Notes under the pieces: model-generated
Databases searched by the model: none
Told to the model about the DNA's origin: nothing
Seen by the model: the letters and a program-made list of their open reading frames with translations, nothing else
Part shown: piece after piece, positions 18,972-27,796 of the stretch
How positions within the stretch are numbered: the stretch's first letter is position 1
Layout: each line of letters begins with the position of its first letter
Program-made: the position numbers and the translations under genes
Origin: an uncultured Poribacteria bacterium
GTDB lineage: Bacteria > Poribacteria > WGA-4E > WGA-3G
Reading direction: 5' to 3'
Length of the DNA stretch: 64,000 bases
Assembly: GCA_951813565.1 (NCBI GenBank)
Contig: OX638351.1
Coordinates: 3,616,001-3,680,000 of the forward strand

Positions 18972-19559
18972 ATGTCAAAAGTCAAATTAAGCCTCGTTGC
19001 AATAGCAATGGTTTGTTACTTATTTGTGAGCGGAAGTGGGCACGTGTTCGCGCATTGTCCTGCTGAGGGACTTCTTGCTTGGGGGACGCAATATATTGAC
19101 CCCGATGATCCGATGGATCCTGGCATCAGCGGTTCTGTTTATGCAGGTAATCTAACCTATTGGCCTCGAACGGGTGAACAACCCTTCTGGCTCGCCTACA
19201 TTTCAAGTGACCATTCTGTCTATGCACATCACTACTATGAAGATGAGGACTTTACGCTTTATTGGTCATTCAGGCTTTCCGTGGATAAGCATCCGAATAC
19301 TTATCAGTCGAATCCGAAATATTCCGGTTCTCTGGGTTTATATGTCCCAGACACACAAGCTATGCCTGATTCTATCTCAGAAAGCGAAACGCTATGGGTA
19401 GATGTAACAAATCTACCGGCAGCTGCAAACGGTAGACTCTACCACATGTCTGCATATACGCGTTTGGATGCGTGGAGCGACGAAGCAGCTGGGAAGTTCT
19501 CTTGGAAGGACTGTCAAAACGGCATCTCGTTTTTACACACTCCTCCGCCTCGTAACTAA
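18972..19559 (+). CDS. Secreted hypothetical protein
   Basis: AAGGAG SD, signal peptide ending VFA; no family recognised. Confidence 0.7.
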   Translation: MSKVKLSLVAIAMVCYLFVSGSGHVFAHCPAEGLLAWGTQYIDPDDPMDPGISGSVYAGNLTYWPRTGEQPFWLAYISSDHSVYAHHYYEDEDFTLYWSFRLSVDKHPNTYQSNPKYSGSLGLYVPDTQAMPDSISESETLWVDVTNLPAAANGRLYHMSAYTRLDAWSDEAAGKFSWKDCQNGISFLHTPPPRN

Positions 19560-19655
19560 CATTAAGAAGGTTTCATGACCTTTTCCAAAGGCACGTGTCT
19601 CTCTTTACATTCCTATGTAGCAGGAAGCACGTGCCTTTCTATAAGGAGCAACAGA

Positions 19656-20630
19656 ATGCGCAAACTTTTTATTTTTAGCATGCTCTTCTTTAGTATTGTT
19701 ACTATTGCCAGCGCAAAAATCGTGTGGATGTCCGATTGGGAAATATTTGTGATGGAAGATGATGGCAGCAAAAGGCAAAGGCTGACATACAATAAGGTCT
19801 ATGATGGAACCCCTCGCTGGTCCCCCAATGGAAAATTCATCGCCTTCGATCGCGCACAAGAAAGGGTAACGAATGAACAGAATCATGACCTGTTTATTAT
19901 GAATAGAGATGGTACACAGGAACGGCAGCTTACGGCCTATTCGGGGCTGGATGTAAATCCAAGCTGGTCCTCCGATGGACAATATTTATCCTTTACAAGC
20001 ACACGTGGGGAGGCAACGAATATTTATATTATTGATATTGAGACGCAAGCGGTGCGAGAACTTAGGCGCAACATGAACGGGCACACTTCGGGGCAATCAG
20101 CGTGGTCACCGGACGGGAGGCATATTGCCTACGTATCGAAACGGCGAAATCCCTACGAAGAATCCATTTACATTGTAGATACGGAAGGTCAAAACCGACG
20201 CCTCTTTGCCAAACCAATGGTTGCAAACTATGCTTCTCTGCGCTGGTCGCCAGACGGTAAACAGCTACTGTATTGCGAGACAAAATACGGCAATAACAAT
20301 GATATACTTTCAAATAAGATCGTTATTCGGACGCTGGATGGGCTTTTGGTAAAAGAACTTGAAATACCGATCGCTAAGTGGCAGATACTAACTGCATGCT
20401 GGATGGGGATGCATCATGTGCTTATTGACGCTACGGAAGACTATAAAGCGCCGGATGGCGGGCAGAGTGATATTCATCGGTATAACATCATCACAGATGA
20501 GATTGTCAACCTGACAAACTCACCGAGAGATAACGACGGGTTCCCAGACTGGATAGATGATAAAGCCTTAGCTGTGGTTCCTGTGGGTAAACTTACAATA
20601 CGGTGGGCAGAACTTAAACAAACAAATTGA
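19656..20630 (+). CDS. Secreted TolB-like (PD40) beta-propeller protein with C-terminal V.P.GKL..W..LK motif
   Basis: AAGGAG SD, signal peptide, repeated P.WSPDG motifs, ends LAVVPVGKLTIRWAELKQTN. Confidence 0.85.
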   Translation: MRKLFIFSMLFFSIVTIASAKIVWMSDWEIFVMEDDGSKRQRLTYNKVYDGTPRWSPNGKFIAFDRAQERVTNEQNHDLFIMNRDGTQERQLTAYSGLDVNPSWSSDGQYLSFTSTRGEATNIYIIDIETQAVRELRRNMNGHTSGQSAWSPDGRHIAYVSKRRNPYEESIYIVDTEGQNRRLFAKPMVANYASLRWSPDGKQLLYCETKYGNNNDILSNKIVIRTLDGLLVKELEIPIAKWQILTACWMGMHHVLIDATEDYKAPDGGQSDIHRYNIITDEIVNLTNSPRDNDGFPDWIDDKALAVVPVGKLTIRWAELKQTN

Positions 20631-20672
20631 ATTGTTCTCATATTTCATTGTTCAAAAGGATTAGTGAATAGT

Positions 20673-22364
20673 TTATAGTTTCACAATTGCAGGGTCATTA
20701 TCTCTGGTCATGATGATGCGTTTCAACCACTCAGTATCATCATGTTCGGGGAAGTCAGCGCGGTAGTGTCCACCGCGGCTTTCCGTCCGAATGAGTGCTG
20801 CTTGTGTTATTATCCACGCGACGTTAAGCATATTGAGTGTTTCGCATAGTTCAAAATCAGTTGTTTGAAGAGATGCCGGTGAATAGGGACAAAGGTCAAT
20901 CTCTGTCCCTATTTCTTCTAAATCATAAAGTGTCTGTTCTAAGCCCTCACTGTCACGTTCAATCCCAACATTTTCCCAGAGTGTCTCGCGAATAGCACCC
21001 TTTGCAGCTAATATAGAATTCTCATCTAATCCAGAAGCCTTTTCTTCAGTGATCGGAATTTGAATATTGGGCGGGGCCTGCAATGTTTGGGATGATGCAT
21101 AAGCTGCAGCGTTGTTTCCAGCACGCACACCAAAGACGAGACACTCTAATAGGGAATTGCTTGCCAAACGATTGGCACCGTGCACGCCAGTGCACGCTAC
21201 TTCACCACATGCATACAACCCTTTCAGGTTTGTTTCTGTATCGGCGTTGGTGCGGATTCCTCCCATCATAAAATGTGCGCCAGGGCGAACAGGTATTAAA
21301 TCAATGTTTATATCTAAGCCGTAACGTTTGGTGGTGTCAGAGATTGTAGGAAATCGTTCCTGAATAAAATCAGCGGATTTATGTGTAATATCAAGATAGA
21401 CGCATGGAAATCCGGTGAGGGACATCTCATTTTGGATAGCACGACTTACAACATCGCGAGGTGCAAGCTCACCTTTTTCGTGATATTTATCCATGAATTG
21501 CTCTCCGCGAATGTTAACAAGTTTTCCGCCTTCTCCCCGCACTGCCTCGGATATTAGAAAGCTGGGGGCACCGTCAAGATAGAGCGTCGTTGGGTGGAAC
21601 TGGACGAATTCCATATCTACCATCTTGCATCCTGCGCGCCATGCTGCTGCAAAACCATCACCAGTTGCTACTTCTGGATTGGAGGTGCAAGGATACAAAC
21701 GTCCCAACCCACCTGTTGCAAGAATTGTTGCTTTGGCATATAGAGATACCAGTTTACCCTCCACGATGGCAGTAACACCGTAACATGTGGTATCGTGCTT
21801 TTCCTGTGCTGCTTCTGCATCTGTAAGCAGGTCTATTGCAAAAGCATTGGATAGAATATGTATGCGTTCTGTGTTCAACACTCGCTGGACGAGAACGTCT
21901 GTTGTTTCACGTCCAGTTGCATCACCTTTATGAACGATACGCCGCCGGCTGTGTGCTGCTTCTTGCGTAAAACGTGGAAGCGTTCCTTCCCAATCAAAAT
22001 TTGCACCCCAATCTAACAATTCAGTTACGCGCGAAATGCCTTCAGAAACCATTGTCTCAACGGCATCTACATTGCATAAACCGCATCCAGCACTACATGT
22101 GTCCTCTACGTGTAGGTCTATTGTGTCATCAATGTTCATTGCGACTGCGATGCCGCCTTGTGCATAAAGTGTGTTGCTTTCTTTGAGAGTTGTTTTCGTA
22201 ATTAAGGTGACATCAGCGCGCTCACTTGCGGCGAGTGCAGCACGCAATCCAGCAGCACCACTACCAATTATTAGGACATCTGTATCCCAGCCTGAACGCG
22301 CTTCTGAATTCAGAACAGAAGAATCTGTTTCGGTATTCATATATTCTTGCAAGCCTTTCGGCAT
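20673..22364 (-). CDS. nadB: L-aspartate oxidase
   Basis: IIGSGAAGL, AQGGIA, EAAHSRRRI, MEFVQFHPT, LAPRDVV, GVHGANRLASNSLLE, ESRGGHYR. Confidence 0.95.
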   Translation of the reverse strand: MPKGLQEYMNTETDSSVLNSEARSGWDTDVLIIGSGAAGLRAALAASERADVTLITKTTLKESNTLYAQGGIAVAMNIDDTIDLHVEDTCSAGCGLCNVDAVETMVSEGISRVTELLDWGANFDWEGTLPRFTQEAAHSRRRIVHKGDATGRETTDVLVQRVLNTERIHILSNAFAIDLLTDAEAAQEKHDTTCYGVTAIVEGKLVSLYAKATILATGGLGRLYPCTSNPEVATGDGFAAAWRAGCKMVDMEFVQFHPTTLYLDGAPSFLISEAVRGEGGKLVNIRGEQFMDKYHEKGELAPRDVVSRAIQNEMSLTGFPCVYLDITHKSADFIQERFPTISDTTKRYGLDINIDLIPVRPGAHFMMGGIRTNADTETNLKGLYACGEVACTGVHGANRLASNSLLECLVFGVRAGNNAAAYASSQTLQAPPNIQIPITEEKASGLDENSILAAKGAIRETLWENVGIERDSEGLEQTLYDLEEIGTEIDLCPYSPASLQTTDFELCETLNMLNVAWIITQAALIRTESRGGHYRADFPEHDDTEWLKRIIMTRDNDPAIVKL

Positions 22365-22370
22365 CCTATT

Positions 22371-22802
22371 CTATTGAGTTGGAGGCGTAGGCGTATAACT
22401 TTCATCAACCGGCATTACTTTACCGGTGCCTGTAGCGATAAGGGTGTCATCACTGAGCTTTACTTCTGCTTTTGCCTCTACTAAACGCCGTGAAACCTTA
22501 GTACGTACTGCAAAAACAAGCAGTTTCACTCCTGTTGGCGCAGGCTTCCGAAAACGGACTTCAAGTTGCGCTGTAACAGCGGGACCATCAAAAGTGCCTA
22601 TTCCAACGTGGGTTATCGCCTCGTCTAATAGGGTACTAATTATACCACCATGTAGAATGTTTGCCCACCCTTGCATGTGTTGAGGTGGTGTGCATTCTAT
22701 GTGGACTTCTGCGCCTGCATCTCTGATTTTTGGTTCCACTTGCAAGCCATACGGATTATTCGTACCGCAAACAAAACATCGGTTGTTATTTTCAATTGCC
22801 AT
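22371..22802 (-). CDS. PaaI-family (hotdog) thioesterase
   Basis: CFVCG..NP.GL, HGGIISTLLDE, VTAQLEVRFRKP. Confidence 0.88.
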   Translation of the reverse strand: MAIENNNRCFVCGTNNPYGLQVEPKIRDAGAEVHIECTPPQHMQGWANILHGGIISTLLDEAITHVGIGTFDGPAVTAQLEVRFRKPAPTGVKLLVFAVRTKVSRRLVEAKAEVKLSDDTLIATGTGKVMPVDESYTPTPPTQ

Positions 22803-22876
22803 TTTTTATAGTCGTTTGTCCGAAAATATAAATTGTTTGTGGTTGATCAGCACGTTTGCAAATTGCACCTACAGTC

Positions 22877-25537
22877 TTACGAAGAAGTAAGCATTGTAAG
22901 ACTACGTGCTAATTTTTCTTTTTCAACCAACAAACGTTCAAGTAGTTCACGTTTTTGAGCAACCACATTTTCTGGGGCCCGCTCAATAAAATTAGGATTT
23001 TCTAACGTTTTTTGCGCCGCCGCAACGTCTTTGACTGTCTGATCGTGGCGTTTCGTTAGTCGTGCTTTTTCTGCTTCAAAGTCAATTACCCCTGCCAACG
23101 GTATATAGATAGCGAGGTCTCCAATGACAGCTTCCGCTGAGGCGGGAGGTTTCGATAAAGACTCCGCTATAGTAATATCTGACACGCGTGTAAATGCTGG
23201 TAAGTACTGTTTGAGATAAGTTTCAAGCCGATTCCGAACTTCAGCGTTTGGCGATTGAATGTGAACTTCCACGGATGCTCCGATCGGAACGTTCAACTCA
23301 CCGCGTATGCTTCTGATATTATCAATAACTTCCATTACATTTATCATTGTGGCTTCTGCTTTTGGATCTTCTTTAGTCAGTTCTGGCCAAGGTGCAACAG
23401 TCACAGATGCGTTATCGTCAGCAGTGGAATTATTACCGCCATGCGGAAGTTGTTGCCAAATTTCTTCTGTTAAGAAAGGCATTAACGGGTGTAGGAGCCG
23501 CATTATCTGTTCTAATACATCCGCAGCAACCCACAACGCCTCAGGTTCATCTTTTGATAGACGTTGCTTGGCAAATTCCAGATACCAATCGCAGAATTCA
23601 TGCCAAAGAAAAGCATAGAGAGTTTGCGCCACTTCGTGGAACCTGAAGTTTTCGAGAGCATCGGTTGCGGTTTTGATCGTATGGCTTAGACGACTCCGTA
23701 TCCATTGAATTTCTAATAACTCTTGTCCTGATGCAATCTCTTCATTTTCTGTTGGAACAGGAAACTTCTCTAAATTCATGAGAATGAATCGCGCTGCATT
23801 CCAAACTTTGTTAGTAAACCGTTTACCAGCCTCTATCTGTGATTCCAGTAGTGGGACATAAGGGTTCGGTGTGCTTGTATTTGCGAGTGCAAACCGGAAG
23901 GCATCGGTACCGTAGGTGGCAATCGTCTCCAATGGATCGATGCTATTTCCTTTTGATTTGCTCATCTTTTGCCCTTTTTCGTCAGCAACAAGCCCGTGCA
24001 AATAGACCTTACGGAATGGCACTTCATCCATACATCCGAGTCCTAACATAATCATCCTTGCTACCCAGAAGAAAAGAATATCCCACCCAGTGACAAGCAC
24101 AGATGTGGGATAAAACGTTTTCAACTCAGCTGTTTCTTCGGGCCATCCCATCGTTGAGAAGGGCCATAATCCTGAACTAAACCATGTGTCCAACACATCT
24201 TCATCCTGATGAAAGTCAGTAGCACCGCATTCACACTGTTGTGGTGTATCCATTGCAGCAGTGACTTTTTCACAAGCACTACAATACCATATTGGGAGTC
24301 GGTGTCCCCACCATCTTTGGCGTGAAATCGGCCACGGTTCAATGTTCTCCATCCAGTGAAAAAAACGCGTCGTTTCGCGTTCAGGGATAAATGTCACTTC
24401 ACCTTTTTTTGTTGCTTCTATTGCGCGTTGTGCAAGAGGCTTAACATTCATGAACCATTGTGGTGATATAGTAGGTTCTACTACTGTATCGCACCTATCA
24501 TGGTGTCCAACAGCATGTCTGTGTGGCACAATTTTGACAAGAAAGTCTTCTTTCTCCAAATCTTCAACGACCTTTTTCCGGCAGTCCCATCGGGATAAGC
24601 TAACGTATTTTTTAGGGGCATTTTCGTTGATATGCCCATCTTGGGTGAAGATAGTTCGTTGTTCAAGGTTATGTCTCAAACCGATTTCATAGTCATTTAC
24701 ATCGTGTGCAGGGGTAACTTTCAATGCCCCAGTCCCAAATTCGGTATCCACATAGTCATCAGCAATTATCGGAATCTCTCTGTCGCAAAGTGGGAGGAGG
24801 ACTTTTTTACCGATCAGGTGTTGATAACGTTCATCATCAGGATGCACTGCCACCGCAGTATCACCCAACATCGTTTCAGGACGTGTTGTGGCAATTTCAA
24901 GCACTACTTCACTGTCTATAACAGGATAACGGATATGATAAAAGTTACCATCAATTTCAATCGGTTCCACTTCAAGGTTACTCACAGCGGTACTGCACTG
25001 TGGACACCAATTCACCATATAGGTATCACGATAGATAAGCTCCTGATTGTAAAGTTTGACAAAGGCGGTGCGAACCGCTTCTGATAACCCGTCATCAAGC
25101 GTAAATCGTTCACGCTCCCAATCGCAGGAACAGCCAAGTTGTTGAAGCTGCCAGACAATATACCCAGCGGACTCGGCCTTCCACTGCCACATGCGTTCTA
25201 TAAATTTTTCGCGACCGAGCGCGTTTCTACTTGTGCCTTCTTCAGCCAGTTTTCGCTCCATGATGAGTTCAGTTACAATGCCAGCGTGGTCTGTTCCGGG
25301 CATCCATAGCACATTATAACCCTGCATGCGTTTCCATCGGATAAGACAATCCTGGAGTGTGTTATCAAGTGCATGCCCAATGTGTAAACTACCGGTAATG
25401 TTTGGGGGTGGGATCACAATTGCGTAGGAAGGTTTGTCGGATGTTGCTTCAGCATGAAAGAAGCCGTTACTCTGCCAAAATTCGTACCATTTCCCCTCAA
25501 TTTCCTGAGGGTCGTAAATCTTTGGAAGACTTGTCAT
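22877..25537 (-). CDS. valS: Valine--tRNA ligase
   Basis: PPPNITGSLHIGH, DHAGI, WPISRQRWWGH, DTWFSSGLWP, KMSKS, C-terminal coiled coil. Confidence 0.97.
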   Translation of the reverse strand: MTSLPKIYDPQEIEGKWYEFWQSNGFFHAEATSDKPSYAIVIPPPNITGSLHIGHALDNTLQDCLIRWKRMQGYNVLWMPGTDHAGIVTELIMERKLAEEGTSRNALGREKFIERMWQWKAESAGYIVWQLQQLGCSCDWERERFTLDDGLSEAVRTAFVKLYNQELIYRDTYMVNWCPQCSTAVSNLEVEPIEIDGNFYHIRYPVIDSEVVLEIATTRPETMLGDTAVAVHPDDERYQHLIGKKVLLPLCDREIPIIADDYVDTEFGTGALKVTPAHDVNDYEIGLRHNLEQRTIFTQDGHINENAPKKYVSLSRWDCRKKVVEDLEKEDFLVKIVPHRHAVGHHDRCDTVVEPTISPQWFMNVKPLAQRAIEATKKGEVTFIPERETTRFFHWMENIEPWPISRQRWWGHRLPIWYCSACEKVTAAMDTPQQCECGATDFHQDEDVLDTWFSSGLWPFSTMGWPEETAELKTFYPTSVLVTGWDILFFWVARMIMLGLGCMDEVPFRKVYLHGLVADEKGQKMSKSKGNSIDPLETIATYGTDAFRFALANTSTPNPYVPLLESQIEAGKRFTNKVWNAARFILMNLEKFPVPTENEEIASGQELLEIQWIRSRLSHTIKTATDALENFRFHEVAQTLYAFLWHEFCDWYLEFAKQRLSKDEPEALWVAADVLEQIMRLLHPLMPFLTEEIWQQLPHGGNNSTADDNASVTVAPWPELTKEDPKAEATMINVMEVIDNIRSIRGELNVPIGASVEVHIQSPNAEVRNRLETYLKQYLPAFTRVSDITIAESLSKPPASAEAVIGDLAIYIPLAGVIDFEAEKARLTKRHDQTVKDVAAAQKTLENPNFIERAPENVVAQKRELLERLLVEKEKLARSLTMLTSS

Positions 25538-25648
25538 ATTTTTACCTGAAAACAGTTCAAAACTATTATAGATAGAATCATTTTACCACATATACAACTT
25601 TTTTTCAAAAAAACTTGCGCAAAAAATTTAATATTAAGGAGAACTGAC

Positions 25649-26482
25649 ATGTCTAAAAAACTGATATGGGGACTCAGTGTCCTCATATTCCTCCTGATTG
25701 TAGGTGCTTTCGTGTTTCTGACTGTCAAAAATCAGGCAGAGATACGGCAACTTGAAAGAGAAGCCGCCGCAGTCCAAAAGCAGCTGCAGCACCGTAACGC
25801 GCAACAAGTGCCACAGGAGGAACACCCTACATAGGGGCACTTTCACGATGATGGCACTTTTCACGAAGGTGCCCCTGAAAATCCTATAGAGACAGAACCA
25901 TCACAAGCGTCACAAGTGTCACGAGATTTCACCCCCGCACAAGTGAAAATACCAGAAGGGATTACCGATCCCGATGTGCTTGCTGCGTGGGAACGCGTTG
26001 ACTACATCGCAAAGAATATATGGGAATGGGGCGGTGTGCCATCACAACGTACCGAAGAACTGATCGCCCAACTGATGCCACCGCCTGATGGGTTTTCAGG
26101 ACCCACTGGACACAGCGATGCCGAAGAAACTATAGACCTACTCGGAAGCCTCGATCCGAATGACCCACGCTCTGCAGAAGTTATGGCGACTTATCTATGT
26201 GAAGGTCTTGTTGGGGGGCGGGGTCCGAAAAATGCGTTGGTAAAGATGGGGGTGCCTGCGGTGCCATACCTCATCCCCTATATGCTTGACATGGAGTTGA
26301 TGCCATTATTACGAAGTAGAGCCATTGAGGTATTAGGTCAGATTGCCGAAAAGCATCGGGAGGATTTAGGTGGTATTGTGGAACACATCATCATTCCACG
26401 ACTGGAAGCTGTCCTGTCGGAAGAAAAACCGGATTACCATGAAGGAAAAGATGCGAGAGAAGCCCTTGCGCGTCTGAAATAA
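25649..26482 (+). pseudogene. Membrane-anchored His-motif/HEAT-like repeat protein interrupted by an in-frame TAG at 25832-25834
   Basis: ORFs 25649-25834 and 25916-26482 are in the same frame; reading through gives EEHPT*GHFHDDGTFHEGAPENP...; AAGGAG SD at the start. Confidence 0.75.
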
Positions 26483-26513
26483 CGAAAATCTATCTATAAA
26501 AGGAGTTTATGTC

Positions 26514-26702
26514 ATGAAAGTTAAATATGTTTTATCCAGTCTTTTATTTTTTGTTTGTGTGTTTGTTCCATTTCATCAGAGTTATACCGAAATTTCTATT
26601 TTATACACAACGCCTTGTGTTCAATTAGGTGCGTGGACGGTCGGCCAGAGTTCAGGTAATTATGGTGAGACAACTCGACCGATAAACGTAAGTTCATTGT
26701 AG
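26514..26702 (+). CDS. Small secreted hypothetical protein, possibly truncated or frameshifted
   Basis: AAGGAG SD and signal-peptide-like N-terminus; another frame continues as ...FIVDEVGYYCGEYSPDGGHSFGP* to 26764. Confidence 0.45.
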   Translation: MKVKYVLSSLLFFVCVFVPFHQSYTEISILYTTPCVQLGAWTVGQSSGNYGETTRPINVSSL

Positions 26703-26792
26703 ATGAAGTCGGCTATTATTGTGGTGAATATAGTCCAGACGGCGGCCACTCCTTCGGCCCGTAGCTGCTGCAGCATCACACAACCTTTTAAC

Positions 26793-26824
26793 AGGCAGGT
26801 ATCCGTTTTGGGTGCTGCCTTTTT
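26793..26824 (+). terminator. Rho-independent terminator
   Basis: AGGCAG...CTGCCT stem followed by a T tract. Confidence 0.6.
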
Positions 26825-26886
26825 CCTCTAATGTGTGGTCTGTCCGTTGGGTAGAGCGAAGCGAAACCGACATGTATCATATTTTG

Positions 26887-27066
26887 TCTGAACCAAGATT
26901 CACAGGATTATAGGATTATGTATCCAACTCAAATAACAAGCGTCTTTTTTTCATATTGTGGATTTGACACTAAGCCTGAGAATAGAAATGTCCCAATGAA
27001 GTCCAACAATCCTGTAAATCTTGTCCATCTTGGTTCAGAAAAGAGGCGCGATTTGAAATCGCGCCT
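26887..27066. repeat. Inverted-repeat-bounded MITE-like element followed by a REP-like perfect palindrome
   Basis: TCTGAACCAAGAT (26887) / ATCTTGGTTCAGA (27027-27039); AGGCGCGATTT-G-AAATCGCGCCT at 27044-27066. Confidence 0.7.
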
Positions 27067-27121
27067 ACCGAGGATATTCACATCTTTAACATTTTACAAT
27101 AATATTCGGTATCCGAGAGTG

Positions 27122-27679
27122 TTACGTAAAAGATGGTTCTATCCAACCATAAGCCCCATCATCGGATTGATAAAGCAGATTCACCTGTCGTGTTTCAGAG
27201 TTTAAAAACATCAGTAGTGATTCACCTGAAGTATGAAGTTCAGCTGCCGCTTCGTTAACTGTGAGCGGTTTTGCGGCAAACTTCTCTGATACTGGAACGA
27301 TAACCGGAGGATCTGTAGAATCTACATCTACCGGAATTTCTGGCACTTCTGGATTCAATTGGGCTACCACCTCGCGATGTGGCACATTATGCCGCCTATC
27401 TTTCACACGTTCTTTATGTTTACGAATCTGGCTCATAACCTTGTCTGCTGCACCGTCTATAGCAGATATGAGTTCGTGGGTATCATTTTTTGCATAGAAC
27501 GATACCCGTGGTGCAGTAACTATTATCTCAGCTTCAAAACGATGCTTTTCTGCTTTCAAAATAACATTAAACTCTTGCATCTGTCCGAAACGAGACTCTA
27601 TTTTCTCAGCACGTTTTAGGATATAATCGTGTATATCATCAGTAATTTTGATGTGATGCCCAGAATATGTAATTTTCAT
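27122..27679 (-). CDS. hpf: Ribosome hibernation promoting factor (long HPF/RaiA)
   Basis: MKITYSGHHIKITD..., AIDGAADK..QIRKHK, C-terminal KPLTVNEA...F.NSET..VN.LY; downstream of rpoN. Confidence 0.9.
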   Translation of the reverse strand: MKITYSGHHIKITDDIHDYILKRAEKIESRFGQMQEFNVILKAEKHRFEAEIIVTAPRVSFYAKNDTHELISAIDGAADKVMSQIRKHKERVKDRRHNVPHREVVAQLNPEVPEIPVDVDSTDPPVIVPVSEKFAAKPLTVNEAAAELHTSGESLLMFLNSETRQVNLLYQSDDGAYGWIEPSFT

Positions 27680-27796
27680 GATGTGCCTCCCATAAATATC
27701 TAAAGTTTGAAATATTTCTTTGGCGGATTATATTGAAATTATAAGTCTATAATAATTGCATTGGCGAAAAATATATGTGTGAGCGGATATTTTAAT

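Noticed and set aside
25538..25648. T-box leader upstream of valS
   Set aside because: The intergenic region is only about 110 nt, AT-rich and shared with a divergent gene; no T-box motif seen
25832..25834. Pyrrolysine or genetic-code reassignment of TAG
   Set aside because: TAG terminates normal genes in this window (e.g. mraY, murE), and the other lesions are a TAA and frameshifts
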